The notes under the pieces were generated by a model, which did no database searches, was not told the origin of the DNA, and saw nothing but the letters and a program-made list of their open reading frames with translations. This document shows, in pieces, positions 14,598-21,891 of a DNA stretch of 32,000 nucleotides. How positions within the stretch are numbered: position 1 is the first letter of the stretch; each line of letters begins with the position of its first letter. The stretch comes from Nonlabens ponticola (GTDB lineage Bacteria > Bacteroidota > Bacteroidia > Flavobacteriales > Flavobacteriaceae). Made by a program: the position numbers and the translations under genes. The stretch is taken from assembly GCF_003966335.1 (NCBI RefSeq), contig NZ_CP034549.1:870001-902000 (forward strand), given 5' to 3'.

Positions 14598-15503
14598 TTG
14601 CACGACAATTTTGGGTTGTTACGCTTTCGCGAAAGCATAATCATTAAAAGCATCATCATCTTACCAGCATCTTATATATTAAAGAGCATTCCTGCACGAT
14701 GGCTGTTAGGGTTGTTCTCTCTTTGTACCATTATGACTAGTTGTATTGCGCAAAACAAAGCAACGACTGCTCGCACTGATTATAAATTAAATGCTGATGT
14801 TTTTTACGGCATCGATGATTTTGACAACCTGTTTTATAGTAAGGATAATGTGCTTTACAAGCGACCAGCGGCTGGTAATGCTCAACCCATGGAGTTTTAT
14901 GATGTCCAGTTGGGTGATCTCACCAGTGTCGATTTAATCAACCCATTGCGTGCATGTTTATTTTATAAAGACTCACAAACAGTGGTGTTGCTGGATAATC
15001 GTTTGAATGAAAGCGTGCGCATTTCTTTAAACGAGCTAGAGCCCTATAGATATATTGAACACGCTCGACTAGCTGGTGAGCGCAGGCTATGGCTATATAA
15101 TCAAGACCAGCAACGACTGGAATTGTATGATTACATACAGGATAAATTAATCGTTGCATCGCCAGTTGTCAAATCACAAGTGAATCAAATGCTGTCAGAT
15201 TACAATTATTGTCATCTCTTCACTGGCGATCAAGTCATCACTTTTAATAACTATGCCAGTAGGACAGGTGTGTTGTCAACTGGTGCCGCAGTCCTTGCAG
15301 ACTTTGACTTTGATAAGCTCGTTTTATTGAATGATGATGGCTGGCGTGCGTATAGGTTTAATAAGGACTATATCTTTGAGCCGCTGGACGATTGGTTGCC
15401 TGAAAATATGCCACAAGCTGCAGAATCCTTTTACCTAAAGAGCGGAAAACTCTATATTTACCGCCAGAACCAGATCGAGGTTCATACCACTAATCAAGAC
15501 TAG
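14598..15503 (+). CDS. hypothetical protein, probable lipoprotein (start codon uncertain)
   Basis: This is a long ORF that ends 6 nt before the kinase gene. The hydrophobic stretch WLLGLFSLCTIMTSC looks like a signal peptide with a lipobox. The track's 5' end (TTG at 14598) overlaps a promoter-like TAGTTTG and reads through the palindromic repeat at 14618-14636, so the true start is probably downstream of about 14640. The first in-frame ATG is at 14733. Confidence 0.7.
   Translation: MHDNFGLLRFRESIIIKSIIILPASYILKSIPARWLLGLFSLCTIMTSCIAQNKATTARTDYKLNADVFYGIDDFDNLFYSKDNVLYKRPAAGNAQPMEFYDVQLGDLTSVDLINPLRACLFYKDSQTVVLLDNRLNESVRISLNELEPYRYIEHARLAGERRLWLYNQDQQRLELYDYIQDKLIVASPVVKSQVNQMLSDYNYCHLFTGDQVITFNNYASRTGVLSTGAAVLADFDFDKLVLLNDDGWRAYRFNKDYIFEPLDDWLPENMPQAAESFYLKSGKLYIYRQNQIEVHTTNQD
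14618..14657 (+). repeat. palindromic element copy 5 (divergent region between rplM and the 14598 gene; probable 5' UTR)
   Basis: GTTACGCTTTCGCGAAAGC lies at 14618-14636, followed by the flank ATAATCATTAAAAGCATCATC. Confidence 0.85.
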
Positions 15504-15509
15504 AGTCAC

Positions 15510-16127
15510 ATGCATATTGCCGTCGCCGGAAACATAGGAGCTGGAAAAACAACGCTTACCAAATTACTTGCAAAACACTACCGCTGGACACCTCAATTTG
15601 AGGACGTTCTTGAAAATCCTTACCTAGAGGATTTTTATACAGATATGGAACGCTGGTCGTTCAACCTGCAGGTTTATTTCTTGAATTCCCGTTTTAGACA
15701 AGTACTCGAGATACGTGAGAGTGGCAAGAAGATCATTCAGGATCGTACGATTTATGAAGATGCCAGCATTTTTGCACCCAACTTGCATGCAATGGGTTTG
15801 TTATCACAACGTGATTTTGATAATTACAGCTCGCTTTTTGACTTGATGGAAAAGCTGGTCGCGGCACCTGATTTATTGATTTACTTGCGCAGTTCCATTC
15901 CCAATCTTGTGAATCAAATCCACAAGCGCGGTCGTGATTATGAGAACACGATCTCTATAGACTACTTAAGTCGATTGAACGAGCGTTATGAAGCCTGGAT
16001 TCATGGTTATGATAAAGGTAATTTGTTGATCATCGATGTAGATGATATCGACTTTGTCAACAACCCAGAAGATCTAGGTGCGATCATCAATAAGATCGAT
16101 GCAGAGATGACCGGGTTGTTTGCATAA
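15510..16127 (+). CDS. deoxynucleoside kinase (dAK/dGK/dCK family)
   Basis: It has the P-loop IAVAGNIGAGKTTL, followed by ENPYLEDFY, the ERS-like DRTIYED motif and the LIYLR arginine-rich lid region. The 205-aa length is typical. Confidence 0.9.
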   Translation: MHIAVAGNIGAGKTTLTKLLAKHYRWTPQFEDVLENPYLEDFYTDMERWSFNLQVYFLNSRFRQVLEIRESGKKIIQDRTIYEDASIFAPNLHAMGLLSQRDFDNYSSLFDLMEKLVAAPDLLIYLRSSIPNLVNQIHKRGRDYENTISIDYLSRLNERYEAWIHGYDKGNLLIIDVDDIDFVNNPEDLGAIINKIDAEMTGLFA

Positions 16128-16207
16128 GGTAAATTTTCAATTGGCGACGATGTTTTTAGGTTCGAGAATATTTTTACATTTAATTTAAGTTCTTACAAAC
16201 AATCGAA

Positions 16208-16807
16208 ATGATTAAAAACCTCAATTTCGTGCTCTGCTTTTTTATTCTTTTGACTTCTTGTAGGTCAATACAAAAAGAAGAAAAAACGGACAGTCCAATG
16301 TTAGCCTTACGAGATAAAGTTGCTTTTGAGCTCTGTGAGCTATACGGAGCTGATCAATCTGTAAGAAAAACGCCAGGATTTGAAAACAAATTTAACCTAG
16401 CCATTTTACCTACGGATACAGTTGTTTTTGATCGATTCATTAAAGTCGTTAAGGAATATGGCTATCCAACGATAGAGCTAGTGGGTGAAAAGAATTGGAA
16501 AAATGAATGCGTTGAATCAAGCAGTGTTTCAATTTTACTTCACAATCCTCACCGCTTGATAAACAATGATGAATACATGTCACTCTTTTTGAGCGAGGTG
16601 GAAGCTGGGCGTATGAATAGAGAATTTCTTGCAGCAGTTTTAGATAAATACTATTGGGTACGTCGGGATGAACAAGGTAATAAAAAGCTTTTGTACGGTA
16701 GCGGCTTTGGCAAGCCATGTCTAAAATATAGAAAAGAATCAGATGCTGCGCGACAAGAAATTGGATTAGAACCTTTAAAAGAATCTGATTTTATCCAGTG
16801 CAAATAA
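16208..16807 (+). CDS. hypothetical lipoprotein
   Basis: The signal peptide ends ILLTSC. I recognise no catalytic motif. The gene appears more AT-rich than its neighbours by eye. Confidence 0.7.
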   Translation: MIKNLNFVLCFFILLTSCRSIQKEEKTDSPMLALRDKVAFELCELYGADQSVRKTPGFENKFNLAILPTDTVVFDRFIKVVKEYGYPTIELVGEKNWKNECVESSSVSILLHNPHRLINNDEYMSLFLSEVEAGRMNREFLAAVLDKYYWVRRDEQGNKKLLYGSGFGKPCLKYRKESDAARQEIGLEPLKESDFIQCK

Positions 16808-16819
16808 TGATTTTTTCTT

Positions 16820-17872
16820 TTAAACAATCCATCCATTCTCTCGAGCATGCTCGAGAGCTTCGCGAGATTCTTCTACAATTAAAATAGGGCAGATGTCAAA
16901 GGCATCAGCTAGTGCCTGATTGGCAGCCACTTTTTTAGCATTGCTTACCGCTCGTATGTAGATGGCTTTGATGCGATCAGGATACAGTTTTGCAGCGTTA
17001 GTGTAGTACTTGGCATCATGCTCGCCGGCATCACCAATCAGGATGAACTTTTGATCTGGATAATGTTTTAGGATATTGATGAGTTCGTGTTCCTTGTGTG
17101 GTCGTTTCAGTTTTTTAGTACGATCCCATGGCGTGGGAAAATCGCGCAGTAGGATAGGACCCTTGGGAAAACCATGAAAATCAATGAATTTCTCCAGATA
17201 GCGGTATAAATTCCATGGGCTGTTACTCAAATAGAACATTGGATTTTGATCCTTGCCACTCGCGCCTCGATGGAGTAATTGATAAAAGCTTGCGGCACCT
17301 TTAAAAGGGATGCGCTGATCATAATTGCGGAAAAACGTATTAAAAGCAACCCTTAATTTCAAGAAACTGGTCACGCCTGTTTGCATGATGGTGTCATCAA
17401 TATCGCTGATCACACCGTATGCCGTGGTTTCAGGTGGCACAAGCGTCTCACCGGTAAACGAATTAAGCGCAATGCGGTTTTGGGACTTAGCTTTCGCGTA
17501 AGCGGAATCATCCTCATCAAAAGCTATGTTGAGCGAAACATAACCTTCTTCATCTGCGATGTCTTGCAAATCGGTTTTTGTGGTGATGTCAAACAGGAAA
17601 TAACCTTCTTTATCGGTTATAGTTTTGTGCTTGTCGCCATTAGGTAATGTCAATACTACAGGAATCTCACGTATCTCGTCTGTTTTAAAGGCGCGCCAAG
17701 TATTGCGCAACGTTTGATAAAAGGTTTGCTGCTCATAGTGTTTGAGCGGTTGATCCTGCAACGCACGACCTCTTAAATACAAATGATGTTCACCACTATA
17801 GGTACGGAAAACATCAATAATCCACGGATCGCGCTGAAATATGCTCATAGGATTGGAAAAATACAAAAGCAT
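16820..17872 (-). CDS. App1-family (DUF2183) phosphatidate-phosphatase-like HAD/LNS2 protein
   Basis: It carries the DxDxT motif in VISDIDDTIMQTGV, followed by LSNSPWNLY and IGDAGEHDAKYY, which fits the App1/DUF2183 pattern (GDSGExD). An alternative ATG start lies at 17848. Confidence 0.75.
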   Translation of the reverse strand: MLLYFSNPMSIFQRDPWIIDVFRTYSGEHHLYLRGRALQDQPLKHYEQQTFYQTLRNTWRAFKTDEIREIPVVLTLPNGDKHKTITDKEGYFLFDITTKTDLQDIADEEGYVSLNIAFDEDDSAYAKAKSQNRIALNSFTGETLVPPETTAYGVISDIDDTIMQTGVTSFLKLRVAFNTFFRNYDQRIPFKGAASFYQLLHRGASGKDQNPMFYLSNSPWNLYRYLEKFIDFHGFPKGPILLRDFPTPWDRTKKLKRPHKEHELINILKHYPDQKFILIGDAGEHDAKYYTNAAKLYPDRIKAIYIRAVSNAKKVAANQALADAFDICPILIVEESREALEHARENGWIV

Positions 17873-17900
17873 GGCCTAAAGCCGTCAATATTGACTCAAT

Positions 17901-17930
17901 AAAAAACCCGCTAGATATTTCTAGCGGGTT
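17901..17930 (-). terminator. rho-independent terminator downstream of hppA
   Basis: The stem AACCCGCTAG (17905-17914) pairs with CTAGCGGGTT (17921-17930). The plus-strand A-run at 17901-17906 gives a U-tract on the minus-strand RNA. Confidence 0.8.
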
Positions 17931-17953
17931 GAATTGTAAATAGCAATTAGTTT

Positions 17954-20281
17954 CTAGCAGCCCAACTCCTCTTGTGGATATATGAATTCTAGATTTTCAG
18001 TCAAATCAGCTTCGGTTTCTTCAACCTCAATCTCTATAGTTTCTGCCGTGTCTACGGTTCCTACTTCATCCGTATCGCTATGACCACCTAGTATTGGTGC
18101 AATCACAAGACCTATCAAACATGTCAATTTGATCAAAATATTCATCGATGGTCCAGAAGTATCCTTGAATGGATCACCAACCGTATCACCAGTCACGGCT
18201 GCTTTGTGAGCATCAGAACCTTTATAGGTCATTTCACCATTGATTTCTACACCAGCTTCAAAGGATTTTTTTGCATTATCCCAGGCGCCACCAGCATTAT
18301 TCTGGAAAATCGCCCAAAGAACACCACTTACCGTAACACCAGCCATGTAACCACCTAGCATTTCTGCAATGGTTAATGTTTCCATGCCAAATGCCAGCGG
18401 AACAAAAGCAATAACTAATGGGAAACCAATGGTTAACAATCCTGGCAACATCATTTGCTTCAAGGAAGCTTGTGTGCTAATTGCGACACATTTATCGTAT
18501 TCTGGCTTTCCCGTGCCTTCCATAATTCCAGGAATATCACGGAATTGTCTGCGAACTTCTTGCACCATTTCCATAGCTGCTTTACCTACCGCATTCATCG
18601 CTAGTGCGCTAAAAACAACAGGCACCATACCACCAACAAATAACATGGCTAGTACTGGCGCTTTAAAAATATTGATACCGTCAATTCCTGTAAACGTTAC
18701 ATAGGCTGCAAATAAGGCAAGAGATGTCAACGCCGCACTCGCAATAGCAAAACCTTTACCAGTTGCTGCTGTAGTGTTACCTACAGAGTCTAGAATATCC
18801 GTACGCTCTCGTACTATAGGGTCTTGCTCACTCATTTCTGCAATACCACCGGCATTATCTGCAATAGGACCAAAGGCGTCGATAGCCAGTTGCATGGCAG
18901 TCGTTGCCATCATGGCACTAGCGGCAAGCGCTACACCATAAAAGCCTGCAAAAGCATAAGATGCCCAGATCGCACCTGCGAAAAGCAACACTGATGGAAA
19001 TGTCGAAATCATACCTGTGGCAAGTCCAGCGATGATATTTGTCCCTGCACCAGTAGATGATTGTTGTACTATTTTCAAAATAGGTGCTTTACCTAATCCA
19101 GTGTAATATTCAGTAACAGAAGAAATTACGGCACCTACCACAAGACCTACCATGGTCGCAAAGAATACATCCAGATAAGTAACTGTTTTCAAACCTACAC
19201 CGTAGAAGTCCATGGTCATGGATTCAGGCAGCATATAATAACAAAGTCCGAAACAAGCCGCAGCAACAATAATAATCGATGTCCAGTTACCAACGTTGAG
19301 CGCACCCATCACTTGAGCTTCTTTTGCATCGTTACTAGAAATCTTAACTAACATGGTGCCAATGACTGATATAATAATACCAGCGCCAGCAATCGCCATA
19401 GGCAATAGAATCGTACCGATACCGCCAAAACCAGCATCAATAATATCGCCACCCATGTCTCGTATCACATAGTTACCCAACACCATGGCCGCAAGAACCG
19501 TTGCCACATAAGAACCAAATAAGTCGGCACCCATTCCTGCCACGTCGCCTACATTATCACCCACATTGTCTGCAATAGTTGCAGGATTACGAGGATCATC
19601 TTCAGGAATACCAGCTTCTACCTTACCTACAAGATCTGCGCCTACATCGGCAGCCTTAGTATAAATACCACCACCTACACGTGCAAAAAGTGCGATGGAT
19701 TCTGCACCTAGAGAGAATCCAGCCAGCGTTTCAAGAACAATAGTCATGAGCTCGCCTGGTGATTTAATGCCGCCGCCATATTCTGCCGCAGCCCATTCAC
19801 CATTCATGAATAGATGGTAGAAAAGAATGAAAAATCCTGTAAGACCCAGCACCGCAAGAACTGCAACACCCAATCCCATTACCGTACCACCGCCAAAACT
19901 AATTTTCAATGCCTTAGGCAAACTAGTGCGAGCCGCCTGAGTAGTGCGTACATTGGTTTTGGTAGCGATTTTCATACCTACATTTCCAGCATATGCACTA
20001 AACAATGCCCCAAAGATGAAAGCGATAACAATCATCCAGTGCGTGGTAGGCACGATGAACGATACTACTAGGAGCAACGCACTTACTATGACTACAAAAA
20101 TGGCAAGTAACTTATATTCTGCTTTAAGAAACGCCAGCGCGCCCTCATAAATATGATCAGATATCTCCTTCATTTTTCCATCACCGGCATCCTGTTTCAA
20201 TACCCAAGATCTTTTGACCAGCATAAACACAAAGCCTAAAATTGCCGCCGCAATAGGCACATAAATCATAATATCTTCCAT
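17954..20281 (-). CDS. hppA: membrane-bound K+-dependent-type pyrophosphate-energised cation pump (H+ or Na+ translocating PPase)
   Basis: 775 aa with about 16 TM helices. Hallmark motifs are [51 protein letters not shown] and [14 protein letters not shown]. Confidence 0.95.
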   Translation of the reverse strand: MEDIMIYVPIAAAILGFVFMLVKRSWVLKQDAGDGKMKEISDHIYEGALAFLKAEYKLLAIFVVIVSALLLVVSFIVPTTHWMIVIAFIFGALFSAYAGNVGMKIATKTNVRTTQAARTSLPKALKISFGGGTVMGLGVAVLAVLGLTGFFILFYHLFMNGEWAAAEYGGGIKSPGELMTIVLETLAGFSLGAESIALFARVGGGIYTKAADVGADLVGKVEAGIPEDDPRNPATIADNVGDNVGDVAGMGADLFGSYVATVLAAMVLGNYVIRDMGGDIIDAGFGGIGTILLPMAIAGAGIIISVIGTMLVKISSNDAKEAQVMGALNVGNWTSIIIVAAACFGLCYYMLPESMTMDFYGVGLKTVTYLDVFFATMVGLVVGAVISSVTEYYTGLGKAPILKIVQQSSTGAGTNIIAGLATGMISTFPSVLLFAGAIWASYAFAGFYGVALAASAMMATTAMQLAIDAFGPIADNAGGIAEMSEQDPIVRERTDILDSVGNTTAATGKGFAIASAALTSLALFAAYVTFTGIDGINIFKAPVLAMLFVGGMVPVVFSALAMNAVGKAAMEMVQEVRRQFRDIPGIMEGTGKPEYDKCVAISTQASLKQMMLPGLLTIGFPLVIAFVPLAFGMETLTIAEMLGGYMAGVTVSGVLWAIFQNNAGGAWDNAKKSFEAGVEINGEMTYKGSDAHKAAVTGDTVGDPFKDTSGPSMNILIKLTCLIGLVIAPILGGHSDTDEVGTVDTAETIEIEVEETEADLTENLEFIYPQEELGC

Positions 20282-20587
20282 TTACTTTTTGATTTAAAAT
20301 TCCGGCTAATGTAATAAAATTATGTTAACAGCAATTTCTCATCCATACGACAAGCCATATGACTCCTTTTTCTAGTGAGTCAATGAAGTTGCGATACCGT
20401 TAATCGATAGGTAGGTTAAATAACAAGAGAGTTGATATAATACATAATCCATTTAAATGGCCGTTTATCGATCAATCAAATAACCACCATTAAATGCTGT
20501 TAACTCATTAGGTAAGAAGCTTGCTATCATAGAGTTTTGCAACTATTAGATTCAATCATGCAAACGGATCTTATAAATTGTTACAAT

Positions 20588-21748
20588 ATGAACATTAGTT
20601 ATATAAAGTACTTTCTTATTGTCATTCTAGCCGTTCCTACCATCGGTATTGCGCAGGTTGGTATTCAAACTGTCAATCCTCAAGCGACGCTAGACATATC
20701 CAGTACCGATAGCGGTATTCTTATTCCACGTGTAGCTTTATCTTCTTACACTGACATTACAACTGTAGTCAATCCAGATGGTGGTGCCTTAGTAGAAAGT
20801 ACGTTGGTTTACAATAATGGAGTTGGTGCTTTATCACCAGCAGGATTTTACTATTGGTCTGGCACGCAATGGATCGCGGTTCAAACAAGTAATGAACCAG
20901 ACTGGAAACTCGCTGGTAATTCAGCTGTTGATAGGACTACAGATTTTTTAGGGACGACTGATGCAAATCCAGTAGTAATGCGTACGGACAATACAGAACG
21001 TCTCAGACTTAACGAAACGGGACAATTACTTATAGGATTGACAGCGCCTAGATCAACGACAGATCTTTTGCAGGTAGCTAGTGATGTTGAAATGGGCGGT
21101 GGTGCGGCAAACTCTGATGGCGAGCGAGAAAATATAAGTATACAGGCGCAGTCTGCGGAGTTTATCCTTGGGGTTCAAAACGAGGCTACATTAGAAGATT
21201 CGTATTTCGGACTTTATCAAGATGATCGTGATGTAACCTTATTGACTGTTCAATCCAACGGTTTTGTTTCCATAGGTGAAGATGACATTGATCCTAATGC
21301 ACTTTTGCATATTACTCGGGATCAAGAAGCGACAACCGCCGTGAGAATTGATAACACTGAGCGCAGCACAGATGTGGTGCATACAGCATTACAGCTTTGG
21401 GATGGCTCAACGCAAAAAGGTTTTTTTAGGCATAACAACTTTTCTGATGTTTTAGACCTTGGCCATACTGAAAGTGATGGTATTGTAAACATTTACGCCG
21501 GTAGTGCAACATCTACTACCTCAGAGGTTGCTCTGTCCATTGATGCAAGCGGTGATACCAACATTAGTAATGACTTGAAGGTGCTAGGAACCTCGACCAG
21601 CCAGCAGTATGTACTCAGTGATCTTAATACCGCACCGGCAAGCGCGACCGCACCTGGAATTAAAGGTGAGATACGTGTTACCACTGATTTTATTTATGTG
21701 TGTATCGCAACAAACACATGGGTTAGATCGCCATTATCAACGTGGTAA
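20588..21748 (+). CDS. secreted tail-fibre-like repeat protein (hypothetical)
   Basis: The start is placed at the ATG giving the signal peptide MNISYIKYFLIVILAVPTIGIAQ. A module of the form hh-IG..P..L.h recurs three times (VGIQTVNPQATLDIS, LLIGLTAPRSTTDLLQV, VSIGEDDIDPNALLHIT). The C-terminus GEIRVTTDFIYVCIATNTWVRSPLSTW resembles tail-fibre-domain proteins common in Bacteroidota; this comparison is from memory, not from a search. Confidence 0.7.
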   Translation: MNISYIKYFLIVILAVPTIGIAQVGIQTVNPQATLDISSTDSGILIPRVALSSYTDITTVVNPDGGALVESTLVYNNGVGALSPAGFYYWSGTQWIAVQTSNEPDWKLAGNSAVDRTTDFLGTTDANPVVMRTDNTERLRLNETGQLLIGLTAPRSTTDLLQVASDVEMGGGAANSDGERENISIQAQSAEFILGVQNEATLEDSYFGLYQDDRDVTLLTVQSNGFVSIGEDDIDPNALLHITRDQEATTAVRIDNTERSTDVVHTALQLWDGSTQKGFFRHNNFSDVLDLGHTESDGIVNIYAGSATSTTSEVALSIDASGDTNISNDLKVLGTSTSQQYVLSDLNTAPASATAPGIKGEIRVTTDFIYVCIATNTWVRSPLSTW

Positions 21749-21780
21749 ATCTTACTGTGTGAGAAGGCATTTTTTTAATC

Positions 21781-21817
21781 ACGCTTTCGCGAAAGCAAAA
21801 TTCTTAAAAGCATCACT
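21781..21817 (+). repeat. palindromic element copy 6 (convergent intergenic region)
   Basis: ACGCTTTCGCGAAAGC lies at 21781-21796. Its flank AAAATTCTTAAAAGCATCACT is identical at 16 of 21 positions to the flank of copy 5. Confidence 0.85.
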
Positions 21818-21891
21818 CTAAAAAAGAAGAAAGTGTTGCTCTTCAAGCACAATGCACGACGGCTTCTCTATTCTTAAACAAAGCTGCTGCT

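Noticed and set aside
16128-16819. A possible horizontally acquired islet, since the small lipoprotein gene appears more AT-rich than its neighbours.
   Set aside because: The judgement was made only by eye. There are no flanking repeats, tRNA or mobility genes, and one short gene is too little for a compositional claim without a computation.
17489-17504. AGCTTTCGCGTAAGCG inside the App1-like gene, which resembles the palindromic element.
   Set aside because: Only GCTTTCGCG (9 nt) matches. The palindrome is broken and neither family flank is present, so it is probably a coincidence of the codons for AYAKAKS.
17884-17895. The 12-nt perfect palindrome GTCAATATTGAC between the hppA terminator and the App1-like gene start.
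   Set aside because: This is a single AT-rich palindrome with no second copy in the window and no adjacent promoter box, so I cannot distinguish it from chance.
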